Assembly: GCA_951406725.2 (NCBI GenBank)
Contig: OX597830.1
Location: 4,836,001 to 4,900,000 of the forward strand
DNA: 64,000 bases
Source of the DNA: Octopus vulgaris
Taxonomy: Eukaryota
Direction: 5' to 3'
Shown here: piece by piece, positions 26,573 through 39,692 of the stretch
How positions within the stretch are numbered: position 1 is the first letter of the stretch
Layout: each line of letters opens with the position of its first letter
Translations under genes and position numbers: made by a program
Notes under the pieces: generated by a model
Told to the model about the DNA's origin: nothing
Seen by the model: the letters and a program-made list of their open reading frames with translations, nothing else
Database searches by the model: none

Positions 26573-27234
26573 ATGATAACAATGGCAATAATGACAATAG
26601 CAACTTCTGATGGCTTACCTAAAACCATTTAATCCCATTTGCAAGTAATTGTTCAGTGAGAATCAAAACTACAAAATTCTTGCAATTAGGCACCTCAGCA
26701 ACACTCACAATTGGTAAACGGTAAAATTAGTATTAGATGAGCTTTCTCTAGAGTCATGTCGCATAGAAAAAACATTAAATGGAATTGAGAATATTAGTTG
26801 AAAGTATTTTTCTTCAATCTCAAAATTGTACATGATAATGATAATAATAATTGTTTCAAATTTTTGCACAGAAACAGCAATTTTCAGTGGGGTGGTGGTG
26901 GTGGCAGTCAATGACATCAGCTCCAGCACTCGGCTGCTATTTTATTTTATTGACTCCTGAAAGGACAAAAAGACAAAGCTGACCTTGACAGCTTTCGCAT
27001 TCAGATATGAAGGGTTAGAAGGAAAGAGTCTGCCAGTTTGTTTAATAATAATAATGATAATAATCCTTTCTACTATAGGCACAAGGCCTGAATTTTCAAG
27101 GAGGGGGCCAGTCAATTCCATCGACTCCAGTGTTTCATTGGTACTTAATTTATTGACCCCAAAAGGAAAAGCAAATCCCCCAGTATGCTAGCAATTCTAC
27201 CAGCTCACCACCTTCATAATAATAATAATAATAA

Positions 27235-27755
27235 ATGCCCTGATACAGTACCAGGTTGTATCACTCATGGCTTCAGATCTTAACTGATTGGAAGTGTTAT
27301 CATGTACATGCTTTGTCATGGTATAAAAGATGGGCTGCAGCAAATATTTGCTTGCTTGACCTTAACCTGTTGAGCATGTCCCTTGGTGGCTGACAGTATG
27401 AGCATCACTGATGACGAACAGGAGTAAGTGGGTAGTATCATAGCTGTCTTTTGAGAGGAATTCTTTGGTCTTTGGATAATTCACCTCTCAAAACATGGGT
27501 GTTTTGTTCATCATCCTTAAACAAACCTTATTCAGGGACTTCTTGAGCAGGATGGGCTACTCAACCTGAAGAAAATTCTAACTAGGCTCCACCTGCAAGG
27601 TCATAACTTGACATGACATCACCATGTTGCATACATATGGTTGTGAAGCATGTGCCTGGTGTACCCTTATCAGATGGCTAGTCATGATGGGTATATTGGG
27701 CTTCATATATTTGTACTCTAGTGTCACTTTTATGGAATGCACTGCTCTCTCACTC
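27235..27755 (+). mobile_element. Full-length family D element, (AAT)n-flanked, non-coding
   Basis: Homologous to 4123-4392 and 4436-4946, and to fragments near 8950 and 29782; AAT repeats at both ends. Confidence 0.88.
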
Positions 27756-28592
27756 AATAATAATATTAATGATAATGATATTCTAAAATGACTATTCAGT
27801 GTGTGAGAGAAGCATAAAAATATGATTATTATACATGTAATATAGCACTGCTTCAAAGATACTGTTTACCATTAAGAAGATAATCTTTATTCCTGAAATA
27901 AAATATGAAGATATATGAATTGCAATTATCATTACTTTCTTTGAAGTTTTCAAGATTTAAAAAATCCATTCTCAGTATATAACTGCTGCATATATCAACA
28001 AATCTTTGATTTCTTTCAACTAATAATTACAACAAAAACTAAGGAAAAAAATTAATCCTCATCTAGTTTTACATAACATTTTTTACCATTTCCTTTCCAT
28101 AATCTTTGTTTTTTTTGTTTTTGAACTACAAGTCTGAATCATAAAAAAAAAATTCCCTTCTTTAACTTTATAGGATATTTTCTGATTATATTTTGTAATA
28201 ATATCCATTCTCATCAGTGTATATTTATTTTTATCATGTTTAATCTAAGCATCTATACACAAGTTGTTTTTGTCTTTCTAAATAGTGAAAGTAGTATTTT
28301 AAGATAAGACATTTCTCATCAAATATTGAGAAATCCATAAACTATCACTTTGATTGGTTGACACTTTCAATCAAGTAAGGTTGGCTTTTGACTGATGATA
28401 GATTGATAGAGAAATATATATATATAGTTAGATAGATAGATAGATAGATAGATAGACAAGCATTATTTGTTTTTATTTGAAACTGACGGATTACTCAATA
28501 GTACATATTCATTAAACATTTAGAAGAAAAGGGTTCATAGCAAGTTCATAGTTTTGTATTGTCTACATATATATATATATAATATATATATA

Positions 28593-28974
28593 GGTACAGG
28601 AGTGGCTGTGTGGTAAGTAGCTTGCTTACCAACCACATGGTTCCGGGTTCAGTCCCACTGCATGGCACCTTAGGCAAGTGTCTTCTACTATAGCCTCAGA
28701 CCGACCAAAGCCTTGTAAGTGGATTTGGTAGACGGAAACTGAAAGAAACCCGCTGTATATATGTGTGTGTGTCTGTGTTTGTCCCCCCAGTATTGCTTGA
28801 CAACCGATGCTTGTGTGTTTATGTCCCAATAACTTAGCAGTTCGGCATAAAGAGACTGATAGAATAAGTACTAGACTTACAAAGAATAAGTCCTGGGCTC
28901 TATTTGGGTGACTAAAGGCGGTGCTACAGCATGGCTACAGTCAAATGACTGAAACAAGTAAAAGATTAAAAGAG
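28593..28974 (+). mobile_element. SINE family A, full length, young
   Basis: A-box tggctgtgtggt, B-box gggttcagtccc, internal TA/TG tract, tail ...gactgaaacaagtaaaaga; highly similar to 45540 and 59965. Confidence 0.92.
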
Positions 28975-29018
<44 letters not shown>

Positions 29019-29055
29019 AGAATTCATGTACACAAACATATAAATACACACCCGA

Positions 29056-29365
29056 GGCATGTAAAAGGACACCATTCGAGCGTGACCATTACCAACGTCG
29101 CTTCACTGGCACCTGTGCCGGTGGCATGTGTAAAAAGATTCAAGCGAGGTCATTGCCAGTACCGCCTGACTGGCCCCCATGCAGGTGGCATGTAAAAAGC
29201 ACCCACTACGCTCTCCGAGTGGTTGGCATTAGGAAGGGCATCCAGCTGTAGAAACTCTGCCAGATTAAGATTGGAGCCTGGTGCAGCCATCTGGTTCGCT
29301 AGCCCTCTGTCAAAACCGTCCAACCCATGCTAGCATGGAAAACGGACGTTAAATGATGATGATGA
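29056..29365 (+). mobile_element. RTE-tail retroposon (family C)
   Basis: Two internal units plus the same tail as 25752-26109. Confidence 0.88.
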
Positions 29366-30065
29366 CTCCTTTTTCTTGAAGAAATTTGCTTTGGAATTAA
29401 TTATCATAAATTATAAGTAACGATTCTAATTCATGAAATTGTCATATTAAGAATAAATATTCAACAAATTTATATTCAAAGTAAGGCTTCAGTTTAGTTC
29501 GACTCGTACAAATTTCTGTTTTAGTGCTCAGTTTTAAGACATCTTTTGAATGATGCATTTGATTATTAAATTAATAATTCTTCTTTAAAATCAGTTTATA
29601 GATTCTGTTAGTCATATGGCTGTGAATTATTAAACTCCATTAATAATCTGCATTTCTAGTTTTGAATATTTCCTTGAATACTGTATTTCTGAAAATGTGT
29701 CTTTAATTATGAATCTAAGAATGGAAGTAGATAAATTACTACTTTACATCTATGCCAAATATTTATATCAATTTATGACATAAGATGGGCTGCAGCAAAT
29801 ATTCCGCTTGCTTGACCTTAACCTTGGTGGCTGACAGTATGTGCATCTTTTGTCCTTAGCAACAATTCGTCTTACACTTTCAGGGATATCTTTACTCAAG
29901 GCGATTCCATGTAAACCATCATGTAATAAGTGCTGATTATTTGCGGGTAAAGTTTGTTGCTGTCATTGTCATATACATAAAAGACTAAGTGAAATCCCTG
30001 CCCCCTGTCTATACAGGTTTGTCCTTGACAGGAGCCATTGCCACATAAAATGGTGCTGTGTAAAT

Positions 30066-30259
30066 GCATCCGTGCCAGTGGCATGTAAAAAGCACCCAGC
30101 ACACTCTGTAAAATGGTTGGTGTTAGGAAGGGCATCCAGCCACAGAAACCATGCTACAGCAGACAATTGGAGTCTGGCAGTTCCTTCACTGGCCAGCTCC
30201 TGTCAAATCGTCTAACCCATGCCAGTATGGAAAACAGGCAGTAAATGATGATGATGATG
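30066..30259 (+). mobile_element. RTE-tail retroposon (family C variant)
   Basis: gtgccagtggcatgtaaaaagcaccc...aggaagggcatccagcc...aacccatgccagtatggaaa...atgatgatg. Confidence 0.8.
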
Positions 30260-30297
30260 CATGTGTGTGCTTATAAATATATATATATATATATACA

Positions 30298-30595
30298 CTA
30301 GCAGTATCGCCCGGCGTTGCTTGGGTTTGTAAGGGAAATAACTATATAAGCATTTTTAGAGAGTTACTTCCCTTATATAATAGCGAAAAAATGCATTAAA
30401 ATGGAAAAAAATGATGGTAAATTTTTTTTTAAATCGTAGACTCATCATAGATGCGCGCTAATACCCAGTAGGGCTCGATATGAATCACGACTATAAGATA
30501 CCCAGTTTTGGTTAAACTGCACCGCAAAATGTGGGAGTAGTTAGGAATCTAAATCGTATGAGACAGACACACAACTTCTCTTTTATATATAAAGA
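30298..30595 (-). mobile_element. Non-autonomous Helitron-like element
   Basis: Minus strand begins A|TCtttatatataaaa and ends cccaagcaacgccggg-cgatactg-CTAG|T: 5' TC, subterminal hairpin, 3' CTAG, inserted between A and T, no TSD. Confidence 0.8.
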
Positions 30596-30600
30596 TATAT

Positions 30601-30876
30601 CAGTGTGACCCTACACATCGCTGGTCACAATGTGCTTCCCATTGTTTTAGCCTTCAAATGATGCCACCCCGCTGGCTAGGTGAGCAGGCCAACAGAAGAA
30701 AGGGTGAGAGAAATTTGTGGTAAAAGAGTACAGCAGGGATCGCCACCACCCCCTGCTGGAGCCTCATGGAGCTTTAGGTGTTTTTGCTCAATAAACACAA
30801 TGCCCGGTCTGGGAATAAAAAACCGCAATCCTACGACCACAAATCTGCTGCCCTAATCATTGGGCCATTGCACCTC

Positions 30877-30878
<2 letters not shown>
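30601..30878 (-). mobile_element. tRNA-derived SINE, family E
   Basis: Minus-strand head tggaggtgcaatggcccaatgattaggg...attcccagaccggg; tail cattgtgaccagcgatgtgtag. Confidence 0.75.
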
Positions 30879-30927
<49 letters not shown>

Positions 30928-30952
30928 CGGTTTGGAGATGATGTATAGGTAT

Positions 30953-31085
30953 TATATATTAGAATAAATGAAGTACTCAGAAATCTGGATGGTTTTATAT
31001 TTACAGATATTTATTAGTATGTTACATGTTTTTATAAATCATATATCATCCAGATTTCTGAGTACCTCATTTCTTCTAATATATA
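30953..31085. repeat. Inverted repeat with ~39-bp arms within (TA)n
   Basis: tatattagaataaatgaagtactcagaaatctggatg versus catccagatttctgagtacctcatttcttctaatata. Confidence 0.85.
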
Positions 31086-33434
31086 TATATATAGAGACAC
31101 ACATCATATTCTAATATAAATTTGTGGATCAATCTTCTGACTCACCAGCTCCTATCAAACCATCCAACCCAAGCCAGCATGGAAAGAGGATGTTAAATGA
31201 TGATGATGATGATGGCTTGGAAGAATCATCAGAGTCTTGAATAGAAGGCTTGGCAGTATATGCTCCGTTTCAAATCCCACCTGACGTCACCTTTAACTTT
31301 CATCAATCTATGGTTGATAAAATATCAATCGAGTGTGAAGGATTGTTAAAAAAAGACCTTATCTAGAGCCAGCTCTAATTGCTACACCCAGTCCTTCCCC
31401 CATCACAACACCAGCACCAACCCCCTAGAATTCCCTTCCTGTGCAGATGTTGACATACAAATGTTCAAGAGAAATATTAATGGTCTCACGCTCAGTGGCC
31501 TGGATGGACCTGCAGAGGTTGTGGGTATTTTCTCTTCCTCTAGATCCAACAAAAACAACAAAAGGAAGAGAAAATGACCAACTGAGACTGACAGAAGCCG
31601 CAGATGTTCTGACATGAGGTAAAACAAGTTGTAAATCAAAGAGAATGGCTATGGTGGTATCCTTTACTCCTGTATCAATCAAATAAAGAAGAAAGGTTCA
31701 ATAATTCCCGTAGGGTATAACTTCAGAACATAAAACGGTTAACTAGCAGAAGCTATTTTATCTGGCATCGAACATTTTCAACCACTTTAACATCTTTAAT
31801 TAATAATTACAAAATTTCATGTAATAGGTTTCCAGCACTTTCATAATGTTTAAAATACAAATTGCAAAAGCTGGCAATTTCTAAGAAACAAATTTTCCAG
31901 TTAACTTCTGATTAACCATAATTACTACTAAACAAACAAGCTCTAATTACTGTCTCTCGTGAAAGGTTTCACTATAAGGCCAACATCTTCAACACCAGTC
32001 ATTGGTATATTCGCCATTTTGTTACCATATTTCTGGTGAAATACTCTGCCTCTGATTCAATTCATTTTGAAAATAATGAAGAGTTGACAAAATATAATTG
32101 TTAATATTAAGTTGGGATTTGGAATATAAATTAAAATGGCATTTCGATGGTGAGTTTCAACTTAGATCACTTTAAAAATAGATGAAGTTTGTTTCACAGA
32201 GTCTGGTCGACTGGTATCATCCATTTAACCATCCACTTCATAAATTCATACTTCCAAAAATGTAGCCTAACTTTCATCTTCTTCTTGTCACTCTCTATCT
32301 TCTCATTTTCATCACCATTGACACTCTGCTTCTGCCCTTAATTTAACTTGATCTCTGCCATCTCTACGTAAGCCTATGTTACCCCTTAATTCCTTACAAC
32401 CTTAATTCCCATATCTCAGCTATGAACTAAATAATTTCCTGTACATTATTTTATCCCAAGATTTATTTCGCTCGTCAACACTTAACATGCATTTACACAA
32501 ACCAAGTTTTCAGCATCTTCAACATCACCGTCAGCGCCACCACAATTATAATCATCATCACTGTCGTCCTTATCATCATCTATTGAGTACTTGGTGGTGT
32601 TAGATTGTCCTCGTCTTTAATTACATCCAGTAAAACCACAAACTCTAATCTTACTTAACACAGTCCCCTGTATGTCTCATCACGGACCCTGTAAGGGATT
32701 TTCTTGAAATCACACCTACCCACCCCATTGCCTTGATGATAGAATAATTTCAAACAAAACTGATGACAATATTTTATTTTCATTAATTACAATACAATTA
32801 ATATATGATGACATTGACAAATATAAGTTTAATATTGGATTCACTATATTAATTATATTAACACAGTAACGAAACAAAATTGTTAGCATTATTAAAAAAT
32901 GTTGATAATACAGATGAAGATTCAGCTGATATTTAATGTATTAATATCGTTGTGGAGTTATATGGAAAAGTTATTTTAGGAATATTTGGCTTTAAAATTT
33001 TCACAAAAATTAATTTTATAGAACCAAAATAGAGATGAAGATGTGTAAAAATCAATATGAGATACTTATATTTATATATATTAGTTTGTTTTTTTTCCTG
33101 CCAAATTTGGAGTATTTCCTCTACAGGCAGTTTTGTTTTGATTGAAGAGCCATGTGTAGCTGAGGAAGTTCAATTGGTGGATTATATTTTACTCCAGTAA
33201 AATAAAAATCAATCAATTTAACAGACCAAATAATAATTTAAATATTCTGCAGTTTTTGTCTTGTTTACTTCAATCAATATAGGTTAGTTGGAAAATAGAA
33301 TAGACTTCATAGATTGTTGTAACACCAATGTATGTACTGCATGTGTGAATGTATATAAGTGCATACACATTCACACAAAGAGGATTTAGTCTCTAAGGGA
33401 AGAGCAGCTTATAAGATACAGCTGTAAGTAGTGC

Positions 33435-33720
33435 AATATTGAATGCTAGCAACAGAGAGAGATTGAATGTGGAGGAGAAAGTGTGGAGGTTGAAAAGAAC
33501 TGAAATGTGGAAGGTTTTTGGTATATCAAATGTTAGTGTGCATAAAATGATGGAAAGCAAAAGAGCTGCAAGAAAAACTGGACATAAGAGAGATGAGAAA
33601 GAGGTGCAGGAGAGAGTGGTTTGGGTGTGTCAATGAAATGTGAGAATTGTGTAAAGAAAAACCAAGTGGACAGAATGTGAGCAAAAAGACATGGGAAAGA
33701 GGTGAAAGCAGCTCGATAAA
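33435..33720 (+). mobile_element. Highly degenerate RTE LINE ORF C-terminal remnant
   Basis: Fragments NVSVH..ELQEKLDIR..VQER..WFG..CVKK..KTWE across frameshifts resemble the RTE C-terminus. Confidence 0.5.
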
Positions 33721-33919
33721 GGTTGTTAGTTATCACAAAAGGATAGTTTAAGGTCTAATTAAGTGAAAACTGTCAATCTCAGAATTACAATGAAAGGTAG
33801 ATAGAGACGCTCGTCAGCCTCTGTGGTCTTCCATTAATTAGACAGCGACTATGGAATAAAACACATGGTAAATAATCATATGCACTAGCAAACATAATTA
33901 CATTACATGGAGCTGAGCT

Positions 33920-34116
33920 AATGAGGACCTCGCTAGAAATAGCTACCAAATCCTACTAAAATCGCACTCAACTGTTTTAAAAAGTAAGGACATGTTGGAC
34001 AGTGTAGTCTTAGCTAAACAGTGTTAGAACAAAAGAAAAAGATGGCCTAGTCATTGCTGGAAACTCTTTGATCATAACCCAACTTGATAAGTGCTGATCT
34101 GAGACTAATCAACAAT
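33920..34116 (+). mobile_element. Old dispersed repeat (gctagaaatagc family)
   Basis: Similar to 3270-3360 (+) and 41325-41530 (-). Confidence 0.55.
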
Positions 34117-34910
34117 GTCTATATGCGTGTGTGTGTGTGTATGTTTGTGTAATTTTCTTTGGATTCTCCAAATCATTTTAACTATGATGTACTTTATGGT
34201 TTTATCTTCATGGAATAAGTTAGTTTCCTTTGACCAGCAGGCTTTTATTTCAAAAAGACATAATAACGGTAGACTTTAATGGTGCCACAATGAGTCCGGA
34301 ACTGGGCTTGATCAAAGATTTTTTGTCTTTGATCAAATTTGTTACATCTGCTTTGATTTTTCCGTTGACTGTAAAATAATTTCCGATATTTTGTTCCAAT
34401 ATATTTTTTTCTCTCTCTCTGTATTATTTGATACACTATAAATGTTTCTTTTTCCATTTTTTCATACTAATGTCACTACTTTAGAAAATCTCCTTATAAG
34501 GGGTTCAAACATTCTGAAATATTTATATGACACAGAAAATTAGAATAATTGCTTCATGGTAATGTAGTGAGAATGAAGAATTCATCTCTAATTTTAATGA
34601 ATATGCTCAGTTATAATTAAATGCGATTTTAAATTATAATGAATTGATGATGTCTTTACTGGAGGACATTATTAGATTAGTGATTCATTTATTCTTACTT
34701 TGAGCAAATCAGGATGACCAGAGATCTGACCAAGCCAAAGATCATTAATCTCACAAATATTTTCCTTCTCATTCTACATAAAAACCAAGAATACAAGTGC
34801 AACATGGTGTATGTATGTTTGTGTGTGAGGGAGTGAATGTGGGAAGTGATATTATGTACCAGAATTGAAAATGAGTATATTAAATATGTTATATGTCTCT
34901 TCTCTATCAA

Positions 34911-35187
34911 ATCATCTTCATTTAGCATCCATTTTCCATGCTGGCATGGGTTAGATGGTTTGACTGGAACTGGTAAACTGGAGAGTTGCACCAGGTTCCA
35001 GTCTGCTTTGGTTTGGTTTCTACTGCTGGATGCCCTTCCAAATGCCAACCACTTCATAAAGTGTAACAGGTGCCTTTTACGCGAGACCAGTACTGGCCAC
35101 AACCATGATTTCACTACGCTTGGTATGTCTTCTCAGGCACAGCAAACTGCTAACAGTCACAGACACTTGTCATCGTCTTCATGAAAC
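34911..35187 (-). mobile_element. RTE LINE 3' end with ORF remnant
   Basis: Minus strand ..KTMTS..*QFAVPEKTYQA* followed by the family-C-type 3' UTR. Confidence 0.7.
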
Positions 35188-35565
35188 TCATCATCATTGT
35201 TTAACGTCTATTTTCGATGCTAGCATGGGTTGGACGGTTCGACTTGGGTCTGGGAAGCCATGGAGGCTGTACCAGGCTCCAGTCTGATCTGGCAGTGTTT
35301 CTACAGCCTGATGCCCTTCCTAACGCCAACCACTCTGAGAGTGCAGTGGGTGCTTTTACGTGCCACCAGCACGAGGGCCAGTCTGGCGGTACTGGCTATG
35401 GCCACATTCGAAACGGTGTTTCTTTACTTGCCACCTGCACAGGAGTCAGTCCAGTGGCCCCGGCAATGACCTCGCTCAAATGTTTTGTTCATGTGCCACT
35501 GGCACAAGTGCCAGTAAGGTGACACTGATAACGATTATGCTCAAAAGGTTCTTTTTTACGTGCCC
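35188..35565 (-). mobile_element. RTE-tail retroposon (family C), about three internal units
   Basis: Reverse complement of 25752-26109 and 60630-60887. Confidence 0.85.
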
Positions 35566-35689
35566 AAACATCCAAAATTCTTCTGCATGATAATTCACAA
35601 GCAAACAGGTTATTGTCTACACACATATGTTCTTGCAAAATATTAGGTATGAATTACTCTGCTTCTTTGACAGCGATACTCATCTACAA

Positions 35690-35870
35690 CTACATGTGCT
35701 ATCGTGACAAGGAGATACAAACCCACATGCACACACATCTTTCAGTTTCATCTGCTAAATCCACTCCCAAAGATTTGGTCAACCCAAGGCTGTAGTAGAG
35801 GTGCCACACAGTGAGACTGTACCCAGTACCATGTGGTTTGATAGCAAACTTCTTACCACACAACCATGTC
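35690..35870 (-). mobile_element. SINE family A head fragment
   Basis: ctttcagtttcatctgctaaatccactc...accatgtggtt...cttcttaccacaca. Confidence 0.7.
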
Positions 35871-37227
35871 TGGTATCTTAATTTACTATATTATACATGT
35901 TCTCTTTACAGTTCCTAAAGGGAGTCCATTGTACATTTTTATTTATATCTGACAACAAATAAATAATAATATTAAAAAAAACTATGATAGTCCCAGAATG
36001 ATGATTCCAGGTATTGCAATAATTACTGCTCATTTTCCCCACAGAACCATTGGCTGCTACCATTTGACTTTGTCCCTTAAAAAATTTAGGAAATTAAATC
36101 AACCCCCTCTCTTAGTATACTGAATTCTTTCAGCTTGTGTAATAACCATTAGCACAAAGACACAGTTCCTCTCTTTGGTCAGTTTTACAACTTTTACAAA
36201 AAAATTCCTTGTTTCCTGAACAAAAAAAAATCTGTGTGGTATGACTTTCATCCAAGGCCAGCTGCATTCCTACTTTTCCTTTATTATCATCTCTACTTTT
36301 ACTCACATCAGATATAATTTCTTTAAACACAACTCAGTATTTTCTCCACAGAACACCTCCATCCAATATTCCACCAATATCAACGTTAATGTAGAAGGAA
36401 CCACCTCCATGTTTTAACCTGGACATGAAACCATAAACTTTATTTGTGAAGGAAAGTGTATAGACATCAAAGTAGTTGAACTTTCTTCTCAGATAAAGCA
36501 AATTCGTTTACTAGGAAGAACAATGTCATTAACATTATACTAACCCTCTAACTAGTCTACCTCAGACCAACCTCTTTCTAAATGACTTTCTTCATTACTC
36601 AATACTATTCTCGATAATATTGGTGAGATAGCATTTCCTTACATAACACCTGCAGACAACAGAAATAAGAATGGAAGTGACAATGGTCTGACTCACATGC
36701 AAACGGATGTGTTTTAAGGTTCTAAGTATGTTTAGATAACTGGATGGAATTCTGGCAACAAGTGCAGTTGATAACATTCCCTAGAGATCAATACTGTGAA
36801 ATGATCTTTTTAAATCCCCAACAGTTAATAATATCAAGAGCTTAAACCGGTGCCGATGCACTTGAATTATTCATCGAACAACAAATATCTGATTGTAACA
36901 AGGATGTTGTGCATAATTTAGTAAATGCACAACAATTCTAATGAGTAACCTATTGGAGAATTAATTCCTAGCTGTGAGAAGCAGTACTATGCCCGGCCAG
37001 TTGGTGAAAGCTTTCGTTTTCCAACACATACATATATAGAAAATATGTTCCCTCCAAAGACTCGGCTTAACATAAGTAAAGTGCTTTGTGTTTAATGCAG
37101 TGTGTGTGTTTGCCACATTTCAAATGTAAGTAAAGAAATAGCATTGAAGATGATGGCCCAGTGTGTCCACATCCTTAATAAATGAAGACAGTCAAAGAGT
37201 TAATGTGAATATATGTTTGTAAGTCTG

Positions 37228-37665
37228 TACAGGCAGGGATGTGTGGTTAAGAAACTTGTTTCTCAACCACTTAGTTTCAGGTTCAGTCTCAGTGCAAGGC
37301 AAGTGTTTCATGCCACAGCCTCCAGCTGGCCAAAAGCCTTCTAAGTAGATTTGGTAGACAGAAACTGAAAGGAGACCATGTATGTGTGTGGTTGTGTCTA
37401 AGTATACATATATACTTATTCACATACACACACAAAGTATCTATGTTTGTGTGTCAGTGTGTTTGTTTACATTTGCACTCAACAAACAGCAAAGTCGTTG
37501 TCAGTTCTTGTATCAACAACTCATTCACTCATTTCACGTCTTTGGAGCTGCATGGAAAAAGAGACCCCACAATTTGAAAAGCAGTTAAGGGTTAGAAAAG
37601 GTATCCAGCTGTAAAATAATGCTTCAATAAAACAGTCATCTAACATTAAAAAAATGGACATAAAA
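37228..37665 (+). mobile_element. Composite SINE (family A head plus RTE-type tail), diverged
   Basis: gtgtggttaagaa...ggttcagtc...gatttggtagacagaaactgaaag...aagggtatccagctgtaaaa. Confidence 0.7.
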
Positions 37666-38229
37666 ATACACACGCACACACATACATGCATGTTCATATA
37701 TAAATATTACCTTCAATATCTTAAGTGATCTAATCAACTTAAGATTAACTTCAGCACTTAAAACAGTCAAACACTTTACTGATCCTGTTGGTTGAGGGAG
37801 GTCGAGTGAGATAGTGCAGAGTGACCAGGGTGAATCGGATGCTAGAGCATAATGGGTAATAGTAAAGAAGAATAAAGGAAAGAGTAAGTGATGGATAACA
37901 AATGTGGTTCAAAGGAGAGAGAGTGATGACTGGCAGTATAGAAATGATGAAGGTAGAGTGCACCGGGTACAAGTAATCTGATGTAACCTCTTATACACAG
38001 GCCTCGTGGTGTGAAATGAGGTGGCATGATGAGGATGGTAATAGCAGTGGTGATAGGGGGATTAACCTTTAGCACACTGTAGGTGCATCCTGTCACTGTA
38101 TGAGTTTTCTCCTCTTTAGTCACAGGGCAGTGACAGGGAAAACAATTCTAGAGAAAATGCAGTGTGCTAAAGGTTAATTGCAAATAGATTCCTTCTCATC
38201 CATTGTTATATGAGCAGCACAGATACAAT

Positions 38230-38805
38230 GGGGGCAAGCGTAGCTAGATTAAGATATTCACTTCACAACCACATAGCTTTGGATTTGGCCCCACTGCATG
38301 TTACCATGGGTTTCTAATTTATACTATAACCTCATGTTGACCAATGCTTTGAGAGCCAAATTTAATTGATGGAAACTTCATGGAAGACCACATACATTCT
38401 CATACATACAAGTATGGTTGTTGTAGGTAAGAAGTTAGTTTCCCAACCTCATAGTTTCAAGTTCAGTCCTACAGTGTGGCACCTCAGGTGTCTTCTACCA
38501 GTGGTTTGAGCCATCTAAATATTTGTGAATGTAAATGGAGACTAATAGAAGCCTGTCCTATGTGAGTGTGTTTATCTTAGTCTTGACATTGCATCATAGT
38601 TGTAAAAGAGCATCATTGCCAAGCAAATGGTGTCATTTGTCTCTAATCCCCTGAGAAAATATGTCCAACCATGAGGATACATTATCTTATGAAGGTGAGG
38701 ATTGGCAACAGGAAGGGCATCAGGCCATAGAAAATCTGCCAACAAAATCCGTTTGACCCATGCAAGCATGTGAAAATAGATGTTAACACTGCAATGATGA
38801 TAATA
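38230..38805 (+). mobile_element. Two adjacent old family A-related SINEs, the second with an RTE-type tail
   Basis: Heads near 38235 and 38415; tail ttggcaacaggaagggcatc...gacccatgcaagcatg...gttaa. Confidence 0.65.
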
Positions 38806-39618
38806 ATACACACACACACACACACACACACATACAATATATACATTTATTTATACATTGTGTGTGTATGTCTATGATGGTATACACACACAAGCACACA
38901 CACACTCATAAAGGGGTATATATGCGTGTGTAATCATTTTGTCAAACACTTGATCCATCTAATTGATACAAAATAGCTAAGTTTTATATTTGTTCATTTT
39001 TTTTTTTCTCCCACTACCATTGTTAAAGAATTCTTTTCTGTTGCAGAAGCTTCTTTGAAATATAGATTTTATTTATTTTTTTTTAATTCTGAGAAACAAA
39101 TACAAAAAAAAAAATATAAAGATTATAAGAAAAGTTATTTGAAATGACATGAATTTGATAGGATTGGTGTTATTCCTGGGAACTGTTGAGAAAGACGAAC
39201 ATCAGTAAAGTGGTAACAGCATATTTTAAGTATGTTAGAAGTAATAAAGTGATGCGTCATGCCTTTTTCTCCTTCTTCTAGTACATTCCTTTTCTGGATG
39301 ATTGGTTTTCAATGTGAAATATAGCTGGCAGAAAAATCAACCATTTTGTCGCTTCATAATTGCCAGTTTCAGAATCTTTTGTAATACTTGAAACACTAAG
39401 CTCACAGCATAAAATCAATTGAAGAATTCTACACATTTGTAGGGCGGAATGGCTGGAAAATTGATAGGTATTTGTAAGAATATAGCTTATGAAGCACTAA
39501 TAATATGGAAATTTAACTTTCTTCTTTTTGTTTTTCATATCATATATTGATTTAGCTAAGAGACAGTTTGTAAATCAATGTTTTGTGACCACTCAATTTA
39601 AATGTAATCCATTCATTC

Positions 39619-39619
<1 letters not shown>

Positions 39620-39692
<73 letters not shown>

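Noticed and set aside
28593-28670. tRNA genes at SINE heads
   Set aside because: A/B boxes are present, but I see no complete cloverleaf and the heads continue into SINE bodies.
31403-31682. Overlapping minus-strand ORFs
   Set aside because: No recognisable domain or splice structure.
36340-36780. Possible LINE endonuclease remnants (also 24350-24610 and 37810-38130)
   Set aside because: Only vague compositional similarity with many stops; cannot be supported without a profile search.
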